Shown here one piece after another: positions 1 to 10,313 of a stretch of 64,000 bases of DNA (position 1 is its first letter; every line of letters starts with the position of its first letter). The position numbers were made by a program, and so were the translations under genes. The stretch spans positions 32,001 to 96,000 of the forward strand of contig CAXTYC010000013.1 in the NCBI GenBank assembly GCA_964248365.1, read 5' to 3'. The stretch comes from an uncultured Chroococcidiopsis sp. (GTDB lineage: Bacteria; Cyanobacteriota; Cyanobacteriia; Cyanobacteriales; Chroococcidiopsidaceae). Below the pieces are notes generated by a model. The model worked only from the letters and a program-made list of their open reading frames with translations, did no database searches and was not told the DNA's origin.

Positions 1-78
1 AAGAGATTCTACTCTTCACTTTTACCTATATTGTTCCAATATTTGCAGGAGTTACGCTAATTGACGAAAAATTTTTTG

Positions 79-194
79 GTAGTCGTAGCACTGCTACGTC
101 TGTACAGGTAGAGACGTAGCACTGCTACGTCTGTACAGGTAGTTGGTAACTGGTAACTGGTAACTGGTAACTGTTATTACCCATTACCCAATGA
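79..194. repeat. Two tandem GTAG-type REP-like palindromes (GTAGAGACGTAGCACTGCTACGTCTGTAC) followed by a (TGGTAAC)n / (TTACCCA)n heptamer array
   Basis: Read directly; full palindrome at 108-136, partial copy at 84-105. Confidence 0.85.
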
Positions 195-653
195 CTATTC
201 AGCTACTACGTTAATTTCTACCGTTGCTGTCACTTCTGGATGCAACTTGACGAGGGCGTTGTAAGTACCAGTCTTGCTAATATCAGGTAATGTAATTCCT
301 CGGCGATCTACTTCTTGATTAATTGCTTGTTGAATCAAAGCTGCAACTTCTCGGTCGGTGACAGTACCGAAAATAGCATCTTTTTCCCCTACCTGCTTGG
401 CAATGGTGAAGCTGCCAACTTTTTCCAAAGCAGCTTTCAGTTCTTGTGCCTGCTGCTTTAATTCTAATTGCCGCTGGCGTTCTTGTTCTCTTCTGCGTTC
501 TACTTGCTTTAGAATACCAGGAGTAGCTTGAACTGCCATTTTATTAGGCAGCAAATAATTACGGGCATAGCCAGGAGCAACTTCTACTAAGTCACCATTT
601 CTTCCCAGCTTGATTACATCTTGATTTAAAACTAATTGCACTCGCTTCGCCAT
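195..653 (-). CDS. rplI: 50S ribosomal protein L9
   Basis: [19 protein letters not shown] motif and C-terminal IFGTVT motif; 152 aa. Confidence 0.98.
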   Translation of the reverse strand: MAKRVQLVLNQDVIKLGRNGDLVEVAPGYARNYLLPNKMAVQATPGILKQVERRREQERQRQLELKQQAQELKAALEKVGSFTIAKQVGEKDAIFGTVTDREVAALIQQAINQEVDRRGITLPDISKTGTYNALVKLHPEVTATVEINVVAE

Positions 654-985
654 GAGCTTTCCTGTATTGTCTCAATTTCTTGGTTTAGGGAAGAAGGATA
701 ATGGTAGCTTTCATATACCCATCCCTCTAAAGCATCTGGTTTTTGATTACCAGTTACTTGATATAGAGTCAGACATTAGATCATAGCAAAATGCCGTAAG
801 TTGTGCCTATGGCAATTTAATAATGCTGTTTTAATAATACTGGCGTGGGGCGAGCAGTGCTGGTATTCTCGTTTTGAAGACAAAAGAGACAAACGATTGC
901 CCCAGCGCATTCGCACAAAACCACCTGCTACCTCAGTTGCCTAAAGCACCGATTGCTGATAATAGTTATATCTTTGTCTGATCGA

Positions 986-1744
986 TTATTCTAGTGCTGC
1001 TTGGGCAAACGCAGTGTTACCTGGTAATGCTATGTGCCAGTCGCGCAAGGTTTCTACTTCGACTTCGGGGTTGAGAAATTGCCCTTCAAGTAAGTGTCCC
1101 CCAGCTTTGCGATCGCTTGTAATAAAGTGAAAGTGGTAGCCGACGACGTTTACACTCTTAAGGTATTGCGGCATCCGAAATCCCACTAATGTACCTCGCA
1201 CATTCCGCAGCTCAAAGACGGTCTGCTGCTGGCTAACCACGTCATTCAACGGGGGATAAGGTTGCCTTTGTTTGGGTACGCTTCGCACTTTCAAGTAGGG
1301 AAAAATGCCCTGTATGCGAATTGCATAGGGCAGGTTTTGCGTTGGTAATTGTTGGTCGATTTGCTGCTGCAATGCCAGGTAAGTCAATTGCTTCCTGATT
1401 GAGAGCGATCGCTCTCTACGGAAAAACGTAACAGTAGCAAACGGCGTTTGCATCTCATCCCTGACCGAATAGGCAACACCATCAGTTTTGATTTGATAGA
1501 ACTTGCCATCAAGCACAACCAGCTCTCCATCTAGCCCCTCTAAGCTTCCTAACCCAAAGTTACCTTGCACTTTGAGTTCACCGATGTTTGCGGCTCCTTC
1601 ATACACTCCATTATTTAGCGCTCCAAATGTAGAAACCTGAAATCCTTGATGATGTTGGAGAATTTGTTGGGAATAGGCAGGTAGCACACTGATTGAAATT
1701 GCAATGAGCAATAACCACAACCACAAATAGCGTTTTAGTTTCAT
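986..1744 (-). CDS. budA: Alpha-acetolactate decarboxylase with N-terminal signal peptide
   Basis: FQVST..AL..GVYEG, GLGSLEGLDGE, RSVPKQ and GYHFHFI...GGH zinc-binding motifs; hydrophobic N-terminus ending in AYS. Confidence 0.9.
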   Translation of the reverse strand: MKLKRYLWLWLLLIAISISVLPAYSQQILQHHQGFQVSTFGALNNGVYEGAANIGELKVQGNFGLGSLEGLDGELVVLDGKFYQIKTDGVAYSVRDEMQTPFATVTFFRRERSLSIRKQLTYLALQQQIDQQLPTQNLPYAIRIQGIFPYLKVRSVPKQRQPYPPLNDVVSQQQTVFELRNVRGTLVGFRMPQYLKSVNVVGYHFHFITSDRKAGGHLLEGQFLNPEVEVETLRDWHIALPGNTAFAQAALE

Positions 1745-1822
1745 GCCCTTTTCCTACTTGAAATGACTTTATTTTCGTTTTACAATGTAGTAGGATGGCT
1801 AACGCACACAAAAGCCTAATTA

Positions 1823-2596
1823 TTAAAATCTATCTTTCATTCCCCGCAGACGGGCAAAGGTTTGCACTGCATCTTGACTATTCACGGATGCTTGCAATAC
1901 AGGTTGATTCCAACGTAAAAATGGGTTAGTACGCTTTTCTATGCCCAAAATTGAGGGTATAGTTGCCTCGTCTCGACTACAGGCGGCTTTTACATCGGCA
2001 AACCGAGATTGTAGTTCTTGGTTACTAGCATCAACTGTGAGAGCAAATTGCAGATTTTTCAAAGTGTATTCGTGGGCGCACCAGACTCGCGTATTATCTG
2101 GTAAATTCCGCAGCTTACTCAGGGATTCAACCATTTGGTAGGGTGTACCTTCAAATAATCGTCCACAGCCGCCAGCAAATAAGGTATCCCCACAGAATAA
2201 TTCTCCAGGCTCTTCAGCAGATGTGGGAGGGAAGTAGTAGGCTATATGAGCGCGGGTATGTCCAGGGACAAAGAAAATAACGCCTGTGCGATCGCCAAAA
2301 GTGACGCGATCGCCTTCTTGCAAAAACACCTGTTGTCCAGGTATCCTCCCTCGATCGTCGGCTCCCCCGTATACTGTAACCAAGGGATATTGTTGTATTA
2401 GCCGCAGATTCCCACCGACATGATCGTGATGATGGTGAGTGTTAAAAATCGCTACTAGCGATGCATCGAGCTGTTGCAGTTGCAGTAATACTGGTTCAGC
2501 TTCTGCTGGATCTACAACCGCGGCAATATTTTGCTCTCGATCATATAGTAAAAAGATGTAATTGTCACAGAGCGCATTAAGTCGAATTATTTGCAT
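1823..2596 (-). CDS. gloB: Hydroxyacylglutathione hydrolase (glyoxalase II)
   Basis: [25 protein letters not shown] and EKRTNPF motifs. Confidence 0.96.
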   Translation of the reverse strand: MQIIRLNALCDNYIFLLYDREQNIAAVVDPAEAEPVLLQLQQLDASLVAIFNTHHHHDHVGGNLRLIQQYPLVTVYGGADDRGRIPGQQVFLQEGDRVTFGDRTGVIFFVPGHTRAHIAYYFPPTSAEEPGELFCGDTLFAGGCGRLFEGTPYQMVESLSKLRNLPDNTRVWCAHEYTLKNLQFALTVDASNQELQSRFADVKAACSRDEATIPSILGIEKRTNPFLRWNQPVLQASVNSQDAVQTFARLRGMKDRF

Positions 2597-2714
2597 TAAA
2601 TTTGACCCTTTTAATATAGTTAGTAGTCTGGCAATGCCGTGCTAACGGTTATTCAAAACTTAAAAATAAATACTATTTTTATTACTGTTTTAATTTGCCT
2701 AGGTTAATGAATAA

Positions 2715-2735
2715 GGTGGGCAATGCCCACCCTAC
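2715..2735. repeat. Short REP-like palindrome GGTGGGCAATGCCCACCCTAC; identical copy at 23629-23649
   Basis: Direct sequence match between the two copies. Confidence 0.8.
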
Positions 2736-2737
2736 GT

Positions 2738-3109
2738 TTACCAAAAATCAATGTTAAAAGCTTGAAATCCTTCTTTCTCTGCTAAAGCTAACATACTGTT
2801 TAGCTGATACCAAACTAGTAAACCAGTAAATAATGTAAGTGGGATTCCTACTGCATAAGAAAGAAAAGATGTAAAGCCAAAAATTTCTAACCCCGAGGAA
2901 AGAAACATACAAACACCGATAGCAATTCCTAAAAACGGAAAAATTAACTGTGTAGTTGGCAGCTTAGGTTTTTGATTCACAGCACGAGCATCTGACAATT
3001 TCTGCACGATTTGTTTGAGTGTGGCTGAAAATGCTGTGCCAGAAGTTAATGCTACTAATAAGCCAGCAATTAGTACGAAATAGGGCGGCTCTGCTGGAAA
3101 GTAGTACAT
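2738..3109 (-). CDS. Conserved cyanobacterial small membrane protein
   Basis: Three hydrophobic segments; MYYFPAEPPYF start; co-oriented with the ABC1 kinase. Confidence 0.75.
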   Translation of the reverse strand: MYYFPAEPPYFVLIAGLLVALTSGTAFSATLKQIVQKLSDARAVNQKPKLPTTQLIFPFLGIAIGVCMFLSSGLEIFGFTSFLSYAVGIPLTLFTGLLVWYQLNSMLALAEKEGFQAFNIDFW

Positions 3110-3167
3110 GGAAAATTCCTAGTTTTGATGTTGGATGTTTTTAATTATGAATGATCCCAATCGCATT

Positions 3168-4883
3168 TCAAGAATGCTTATTTTGAAATGCTGTAAAAGA
3201 AGGTACGGCGACAGGTTCGATCGCCCCGATTCTCTCTTGCGATAAACTAGTTAAAGCTTCGATCGCAGCATCAAACAGACGGGCTGGCTTTAATTCATCC
3301 TTAACTAAATTCCAGATTCTTTGCACTTCTGCGGTGTGAAGGCGATCGTCTTCGGTGAGTGCCAAAACTAATTGTTGCCTGAGAAACTTACCTTCGGGCG
3401 AAAGGAGAAATTGTAAGCCAAGTTGTGCTGTAGGTAATAGATCGAAGTTTTTATCGCTACTTGCGATCGCAATCAAGTTTTCTAACCGCTGCCACTGGAA
3501 TTTACCATCTTTGAATAACACGTTCAGCAACCGCCGTCGTAATTGGGGCGTTTCCCCCGTCAGTAACCGCCGCGCTACGTAGGGATAGGAAACTTCAACT
3601 ATGCTGAAATTAGGATTAAGGCTAAGTGCTATACCTTCTTGCGTCACTAGGGAGCGAATAATTAAAGCAAATTTTGCTGGTACTCGGAAGGGATATTCAT
3701 ACATCAACTCTGAAAAAGAATCCGTGATTGATTTGAAGTTAAAATCTCTCACGTTTTTACCAATTGCATCCCCTAACACAGCTTCTAAGGCTGGCACAAT
3801 GGGACGAATATCTGTGTCTGGAGTTAGAAACCCTAGCTTGACAAAATCCTCAGCTAAATCTAAATAGTCTTTATTGATTAGATGCACGATCGCATCTACC
3901 AAAGTTTCTTTTGTTGTTTCTTCCAACTGATCCATCATGCCAAAGTCGATATAAGCCATTCGACCATCAAGCGTGGCAAACAAGTTACCAGGATGGGGAT
4001 CAGCATGGAAAAATCCGTATTCTAGTAGCTGTTTTAACCCTGCCGTTACACCAATTTCGATTAAAGCATTTGTGTCCAACCCAGCGGATTCAATTCGTTG
4101 GGTATCTGTAAGTTTAAAACCGTTGATCCACTCTAAGGTAAGGACACGGTTGCTGGTGTAGCGCCAGTAAATAGCTGGGACTTTGACTCGCGGATCGTTG
4201 CGGAAATTAGTGGCAAATTTTTCGGCATTGCGCCCTTCGTTGAGATAATCAATCTCTTCAAATAGCTTTGTACCAAACTCGTCTACGATCAGCGTCAGGT
4301 CGTGACCAAGATTCAAAGGTAGCCAAGGAGCTAGCCACCCAGCAGCCCACCGCATTAAGTACAAATCGAGGGTAAGTGTGGGGCGCAGGTTGGGGCGTTG
4401 GACTTTGATCGCTACTTCTTCACCACTGTAGAGCCTACCTCGGTACACTTGACCCAAACTAGCAGCAGCTACAGGGTTGGGCGAGATTTCTCTATATATT
4501 TCTACCAGCGATCGCCCCAGTTCTGTTTCTATGATTTGGTAAGCAACCGCCTGCTCAAATGGTGGTAGTTGATCTTGTAACTTGATCAGTTCGTCTAAAA
4601 AATCTTTTCTAATTAGGTCTGGACGAGTGGAGAGAGCTTGACCTACTTTGATAAATGTGGGACCTAGACGAGTGAGAATTTCTCTTAGCTGGGCGGCTCG
4701 TTTTAACTTGTTTTGCTCAACCGAGTTTTGCCATTCATCCCACTTCAAACCTAAAATAAACCCAGCAAAAAACCAAATAATTTTGAAAGCTCGCCAGAAT
4801 GCTAACCAGGGACGGTAGCGATAGTATTGTGCGATCGCTTCTGGATTGTAGCGCTTTAGCTGAGCAAGTTGATACTGAGCCAC
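3168..4883 (-). CDS. ABC1/AarF/UbiB family atypical protein kinase
   Basis: LGPTFIKVGQALSTRPD, AAASLGQVY, VAIKVQRP, HADPHPGN and DFG motifs. Confidence 0.95.
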   Translation of the reverse strand: MAQYQLAQLKRYNPEAIAQYYRYRPWLAFWRAFKIIWFFAGFILGLKWDEWQNSVEQNKLKRAAQLREILTRLGPTFIKVGQALSTRPDLIRKDFLDELIKLQDQLPPFEQAVAYQIIETELGRSLVEIYREISPNPVAAASLGQVYRGRLYSGEEVAIKVQRPNLRPTLTLDLYLMRWAAGWLAPWLPLNLGHDLTLIVDEFGTKLFEEIDYLNEGRNAEKFATNFRNDPRVKVPAIYWRYTSNRVLTLEWINGFKLTDTQRIESAGLDTNALIEIGVTAGLKQLLEYGFFHADPHPGNLFATLDGRMAYIDFGMMDQLEETTKETLVDAIVHLINKDYLDLAEDFVKLGFLTPDTDIRPIVPALEAVLGDAIGKNVRDFNFKSITDSFSELMYEYPFRVPAKFALIIRSLVTQEGIALSLNPNFSIVEVSYPYVARRLLTGETPQLRRRLLNVLFKDGKFQWQRLENLIAIASSDKNFDLLPTAQLGLQFLLSPEGKFLRQQLVLALTEDDRLHTAEVQRIWNLVKDELKPARLFDAAIEALTSLSQERIGAIEPVAVPSFTAFQNKHS

Positions 4884-5108
4884 GCTTTATTTGCCTCTTA
4901 ACAATCAAAAATTTACACTTGTTGATTCACCAGGCGAACCACGAATCATTTATAACTACAAGTTACTTGTCTTTTTTTACTCAAACAATCAACTATAGTA
5001 TTCGCAGATCGCTTTAGCCTATATATCAACAAATAGATTAAACTGTTAAATCTTATCTTTTTCTTAATTATAGTATATAAAAGTACAAATATTTTATAAC
5101 AAAACTTA

Positions 5109-5250
5109 ATGAAGGGACTAAGGAGAGACAGGGGAAGGATGAAGGATGAAGGATGAAGTGTGAAATTTCCCATGCCCGCCTTTAGCCTTTCCCCTTTTCC
5201 CTTTCCCCTTTATACTTCAACCTTTATCCTTCATCCTTTACACTTTATCC
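5109..5250. repeat. Bipartite heptamer array: (GAAGGAT)n, AATTT junction, then (CCTTTAT/CCTTTTC)n
   Basis: Read directly. Confidence 0.85.
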
Positions 5251-7926
5251 TTTAGAAGACTTAGCTTCTAGAGTTTCAAGGCGGCTTTTGAGTTCTTGGT
5301 TGACTTTTTTGACTTGCTCAAGTTCTTCCCGTAGCTGCTTGACAGAAGAGTCAGAACCTGCATTTTTTTGCACCCGTTGGACGGCTTCTTCTGCCATCCG
5401 CCGGACTCGACCATCTGGCGTTTGATCGGCTAAAGCTTGCAGAATGCCGATCGCCTTGGGGGTTTCCATTTGCCCCAGTGCTACAACTACCGACACTTGC
5501 GTGAGGAAGAAAGTTTCCCCAGATAGTTCTGTTAAGCGCTCCAAAATCCGTTCTAGATTAATCGAAGTTTGACCAGTAGAAATTGCTCCCAGCGCCCGAA
5601 TTGCTGCTAAACGCAGGGCTTGAGATATACCTAATCGAGTGTATTCCAGAATCAGATCGAGTGCGGCGGGAGAGGTTTTTAGCTGACTCAAGCCAGCGAT
5701 CGCACCTGAACGCACTACCTCATTCCAGCCTTCCCTTTGCTCTAGCACAGATTTGAGTAAATTCAATATTTCTTGCTCAGTGGCTATATCATTCAGGTTT
5801 ACGGCTGCAATTGAGCCAATTGCTCTAGCAGCAGCAGCCTCAACGTAGTAGCTAGGATCGCCATTTTCTACAATTGGTTTAAGCGCCTGATAACTCTTGT
5901 GCGTCTTAATGCTGGCAATTCCTTCTACGACAGCACGGCGCACCAAGGCATTTTCATCTTGCAAGCTGGTAACTAATTCATCAAATGCCTGATCGAGTTT
6001 AATTTCTGCCAGTTGTTTAGCCACTTCTACACGGACACCCCAAAAGCGATCGCTTTGTAATGCCGTTGAAAGAGCTTTCACCGCCTCCAATCCGCCTTTT
6101 TTCGCCAAAGCTTCAGCAGCATAAATTCGGGAAATCGGATCAGGATCAAATTGTAATTGCGCTTTTAGTTCGGGTAGTGGGTATTCCAAAAAGACAGTTT
6201 TCAAGATGTTATTACCAGCATCAAAGCTAATAAATAGGGGTTTTTCCTCCAGTGGGAAGTAAAAGCTTTGCTGTGCCTCATTTACCCGCACCGTAAAAAT
6301 TTTGGATTTTGGATTTTTGATTTTAGATTGGTTTTTCTCCTCTGCTCTTTGCGCTCCCTGCTCCTGACTCCTGACTCCTGACTCCTGACTTGTGTCTCCT
6401 GACTCCTGCGTATATCCAAAAGCTATGGGAATCTTCAGGTCAAACAATTCGCTGGATAAGCCGTTTTTACCTTCTTGCGCTCCGGTTTGAGTAATTGTCA
6501 CCTTGGCAAGCTTGCTATCTCCATCCCAAGAGTAAGCTACTTTGAAATCGGGATGACCACCACGATAAACGTACTGGTCAAATAAAAATAGCATATTACG
6601 CCCAGTCGCTTTTTCAATTGCTCTGAGTAAGTCTACAGTTTCTACTGTTTTATGGGCATTATCCTGTACAAAGGTGTGTATCGCTTGCCAGAATAAATCT
6701 TCTCCCAACTCGGCGCGGATCATGTGGTAAACACAAGCGCCTTTTTCATAGAGGTGGCGATCGTACAATTCGATCGCTTCCCGATAAACGTGGGTAACAA
6801 TTGGACGACGATAACGGCTGCTATCTTCAGCTAAATAGTTACGGGCTTCTAGTAAGCGGTAGTAGGCGGCATCTTCTGCACCATACTCAGATTCTGTCCA
6901 CATCACTTCGGAGTAAGAAGCCATGCCTTCTTTAATCCAAGCATGAGACCAATGCTTGATCACAACTAAATCGCCAAACCATTGATGGGCTAATTCGTGC
7001 GCCACCAGGCTTTCTGTGTTGCGGTTATCTAGTGCTGCGCGTTCATCGAGTAAACACCGATCTGTAAGCAGCGTAGTGGAGGTGTTTTCCATTCCTCCAA
7101 AGATGAAATCATCGACGCAAACTTGAGCATATTTAGGAAAAGCGTACTCATAACCGTACTTTTCGCTAAAAAATTCGATCATGCGGGGAGTTTTGCCCAT
7201 GCTGCGCCGCGCATCTTCTTCTCTGCCTTTTTCGACGTAATATGTTACTGGTTTACCATGCCATTCGTCTTGAATTTCGGCAAAGTCTCCCACAGCCAAT
7301 GTCATTAAGTAGGAGGGATGGATTTGTTTTTGATACCAGTGGAAAATTTTGTAGTCGCCGTCTTCGTCGGTGTGGATTAGTTCTCCGTTGGAGATGGCGA
7401 TAAAGGGTTTGGGAACTCTGACGCGAATTTCGGAAGTAGCTAGTTGTCCAGGGTAGTCGAAGCAAGGAAACCAGAAGCGGGAATCTTCGTCTTCTCCCTG
7501 TGTCCAAACTTGGGTTGGTTTGTTGGGGTAGTGTTCGGTGGGGGAAATAAAGTAGATGCCGCGTTGGGGTTTTTCTACACTGTAGGCGATCGCTATTGTA
7601 ATTGAATTGCCGATTTGGGTGGGCGATGAAAGTTCAATTTGCAGCAAAGATCCGTCGTAGTCGAAGGTTTGCGGCGTGTTGTCAACTTGTACGGATTGAA
7701 TATTCAGGTTTACGGCATCCAATGTCAAGCGATCGATGTAGTTGCGGATCGGTTTGAGTTTTATGGTACAAGTGCCGTTGTAGCTCTTGTTGGGAATATC
7801 TAGGTTCAGATCTAAGAATATATGTTCTACTTGTCCAGGGCGATCGGGGTTGTAGTGGGGTGTTGCTCCTGGTAGTTCAAAGGATTTATGGCGGTTATTT
7901 TCGGTATCAAAATAATTGTGCGACAT
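5245..7926 (-). CDS. M1 family aminopeptidase with C-terminal HEAT repeats; carries an in-frame repeat-derived insert
   Basis: GGMEN and HELAHQW...E motifs; HEAT-like VRxxxAxAL repeats. Confidence 0.93.
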   Translation of the reverse strand: MSHNYFDTENNRHKSFELPGATPHYNPDRPGQVEHIFLDLNLDIPNKSYNGTCTIKLKPIRNYIDRLTLDAVNLNIQSVQVDNTPQTFDYDGSLLQIELSSPTQIGNSITIAIAYSVEKPQRGIYFISPTEHYPNKPTQVWTQGEDEDSRFWFPCFDYPGQLATSEIRVRVPKPFIAISNGELIHTDEDGDYKIFHWYQKQIHPSYLMTLAVGDFAEIQDEWHGKPVTYYVEKGREEDARRSMGKTPRMIEFFSEKYGYEYAFPKYAQVCVDDFIFGGMENTSTTLLTDRCLLDERAALDNRNTESLVAHELAHQWFGDLVVIKHWSHAWIKEGMASYSEVMWTESEYGAEDAAYYRLLEARNYLAEDSSRYRRPIVTHVYREAIELYDRHLYEKGACVYHMIRAELGEDLFWQAIHTFVQDNAHKTVETVDLLRAIEKATGRNMLFLFDQYVYRGGHPDFKVAYSWDGDSKLAKVTITQTGAQEGKNGLSSELFDLKIPIAFGYTQESGDTSQESGVRSQEQGAQRAEEKNQSKIKNPKSKIFTVRVNEAQQSFYFPLEEKPLFISFDAGNNILKTVFLEYPLPELKAQLQFDPDPISRIYAAEALAKKGGLEAVKALSTALQSDRFWGVRVEVAKQLAEIKLDQAFDELVTSLQDENALVRRAVVEGIASIKTHKSYQALKPIVENGDPSYYVEAAAARAIGSIAAVNLNDIATEQEILNLLKSVLEQREGWNEVVRSGAIAGLSQLKTSPAALDLILEYTRLGISQALRLAAIRALGAISTGQTSINLERILERLTELSGETFFLTQVSVVVALGQMETPKAIGILQALADQTPDGRVRRMAEEAVQRVQKNAGSDSSVKQLREELEQVKKVNQELKSRLETLEAKSSKG

Positions 7927-8247
7927 GGATCAGAGGGATGTGGTATTTTTTCCAGGTTAGCGTTTTGGGGCGTTATTGGGTTTTTTAACGAACCGCTAAG
8001 ACGCAAAGGACACGAAGGGAAGAATGGAGAGAATGTAGGGTGTGTTATTAATGCACCTTACTGTTGTGTAGGTTTTGAAGTTAAAAATAGTTGCAATTTG
8101 CGTATTTTTGGTTGGTGAATTTAATGTGTTGTATGAATGCTGATTGCCCAGTTAGTAGAGTTAAGTAATAAATCCGAATTTTCTCCTATGAAGTTTTTAA
8201 AATTATTTACAACAATTTGATAATAGGCTATTACAAGGAAAATTAAA

Positions 8248-9891
8248 ATGCCTGTAAATAAAAAATTTTTTATTCCTGCTGTTGGTGTTGCTGGAATTGT
8301 AGCAGGAGGTTTGGCTGCATATCTATATTTAAAGGGGACTTTTAGTGATGCGGCGAGTGCGTTGGCTAGTGCAAAACTTGTGCCGGATGAAGCTTTGATG
8401 GCAACTTTTATCTCGATTGATCAAAAGCCTTGGCGAGGGTTGCAGCAGTTCGGTACAGGTGAAGCTCAAAAGTTGATCGAAAAAGGTTTTGAGGATTTTA
8501 ATCAGTATTTGTTGACCCAATATCATATTGATTATGAAAAAGATTTGGGCTGGGTTGGTAGTGTGATGATTGCTGTTTTGCCAACAAGTCCAGTTAAGTC
8601 GGAAGGGGCAAAGGTGCAATCGAAAGAACCTCGTTTGTTGATGGTTGTGGGGATTAAGGATAAGCTCAGTGCCTGGAATTTTGCTAATAAGTTAAAGTCT
8701 GACGAAGGATTAACAAATCAGGAATTTGACTATAAGGGGCTTCCGATTATAGAAATTAGGAACAAGAGTCAATTAATCTATGGTGCTGTGTTAAACGATC
8801 GCTTAGTCTTAGCTTTTGAAAGGCAAGCGGTAGAAGAGGCAATTGATACTTTTAAAGGAGAAGTTTCGTTTGCTAGTAAAAATGGTATAGATAGTGTTCT
8901 TGCCAAGCAAGTGGATCTGAAAAACTCTATTGCTCAAATTTATATTCCTGACTATGCAGGTACGGTACAGGAGTTGATAGCAAGTAGTGCTAATGCAGCG
9001 CAATTACCTAGGGAAGCTCTGGCGCAGTTGCAGCAGGTGAAGTCGATAGTAGCAGGGGTTGGAATTGATCAGGTGGGGATACGGATGAAGGCGATCGCTC
9101 TTTTAAATCCCAATGGAATCGAGCTAAATTATCAACCTTCTCCTGGTAAAATAGTAGATAAATTTCCTGCTGATACAATTGCTTTAGTTTCTGGAAATGG
9201 TATCAGTCGTCAATGGTCAACGTTTGTAGACCAGACAAAAACTATTTCTGAAGTTAATTTAGCTCTTGGTTCTGCTAGGCAGTATCTCAAAACCTTTAAT
9301 CTTGATTTAGATCGAGATATCTTTGGTTGGATGGATGGGGAATTTGCCCTTGCTGCAATTCCTTCTAATCAAGGTTTTTTAGCTACGCTGGGGTTTGGGG
9401 GTGCGTTAGTATTTGATACCCACGATCGCCCAGCGGCTGAAGCTACTCTGAATAAGCTCGATGCGATCGCTAAAAATTACTTTGTTACGGTAGCTTCTAG
9501 AGATGTTGGCGGTAAGACTATAACCGAATGGCAAGTACCGTTCGGAGGTGCTTTTTTGGGGCATGGTTGGTTAGATAATGATACCGTCTTTGTGGCTGTG
9601 GATGGTTCGATAGCGTGGGCGATCGCCACTTCTCCCACTCATCTCAACACTAGCGACACTTTCAAAGCTGTGACTAATTCTTTACAGCAGCCAAATGGGG
9701 GTTACTTCTACCTGGATATGGATAAAACTATGTCCTTGGTTACTCGTTTTCCAACCCAAGCTCAAGTAATACCACCCGAAGTTAGTGCTATTGTCAATTC
9801 AATTCGCGGCATTGCCATGAGTGCTAGTAGCCCTAATAAATCTACCAGTCAAGTTGAGTTATTACTAGCACTCAAGCCACGCAAAAGTTAA
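8248..9891 (+). CDS. DUF3352 domain protein
   Basis: N-terminal membrane anchor; AKLVPDEALM, DIFGWMDGEFA and GYFYLD motifs as recalled for the family. Confidence 0.75.
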   Translation: MPVNKKFFIPAVGVAGIVAGGLAAYLYLKGTFSDAASALASAKLVPDEALMATFISIDQKPWRGLQQFGTGEAQKLIEKGFEDFNQYLLTQYHIDYEKDLGWVGSVMIAVLPTSPVKSEGAKVQSKEPRLLMVVGIKDKLSAWNFANKLKSDEGLTNQEFDYKGLPIIEIRNKSQLIYGAVLNDRLVLAFERQAVEEAIDTFKGEVSFASKNGIDSVLAKQVDLKNSIAQIYIPDYAGTVQELIASSANAAQLPREALAQLQQVKSIVAGVGIDQVGIRMKAIALLNPNGIELNYQPSPGKIVDKFPADTIALVSGNGISRQWSTFVDQTKTISEVNLALGSARQYLKTFNLDLDRDIFGWMDGEFALAAIPSNQGFLATLGFGGALVFDTHDRPAAEATLNKLDAIAKNYFVTVASRDVGGKTITEWQVPFGGAFLGHGWLDNDTVFVAVDGSIAWAIATSPTHLNTSDTFKAVTNSLQQPNGGYFYLDMDKTMSLVTRFPTQAQVIPPEVSAIVNSIRGIAMSASSPNKSTSQVELLLALKPRKS

Positions 9892-10139
9892 TTTATTTTT
9901 TCTTCTTTATTGTTCCCCATCTGCATCCTATAGCGATTTTCCAGCAACAATTTTCTTGTGGTGTAAATGACACCACCTAAAACTAAAAGCTGGATCTGCC
10001 AGGGTGCTAAAACTAGACTGAAAATCAAGCTGATAAGTGCAACTATACCTGACAGATATGCCATCTCATCGGCAGATTTTTGAAAGATATAGCCAGATAC
10101 TAAACCAGTTGCTAGGGGAATGAGAAAAAATAAATGCAT
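9888..10139 (-). CDS. Small hypothetical membrane protein; start taken at MHLFFLIP
   Basis: Hydrophobic 83-aa ORF with a SLVLAPWQIQL motif. Confidence 0.65.
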   Translation of the reverse strand: MHLFFLIPLATGLVSGYIFQKSADEMAYLSGIVALISLIFSLVLAPWQIQLLVLGGVIYTTRKLLLENRYRMQMGNNKEEKIN

Positions 10140-10313
10140 ATCAACACACCATGAACTACAACAAGTTTTGTTAGTATCTAAACTCTTCATTACCAGTTTG
10201 AGCTTGGTAACAAGAAGGAGGAACTAGAACGAAAATATGAGGTATTCATCTGTGGCTTCACATTTTAAAGATTGTTTATCAAAAATCAAAATTTTTAATT
10301 TTCTATCATCCTT

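Noticed and set aside
5073..5086. GTA-N8-TAC (NtcA-like) site upstream of the ABC1 kinase
   Set aside because: The context is very AT-rich and there is no correctly spaced -10 box; a chance match is likely.
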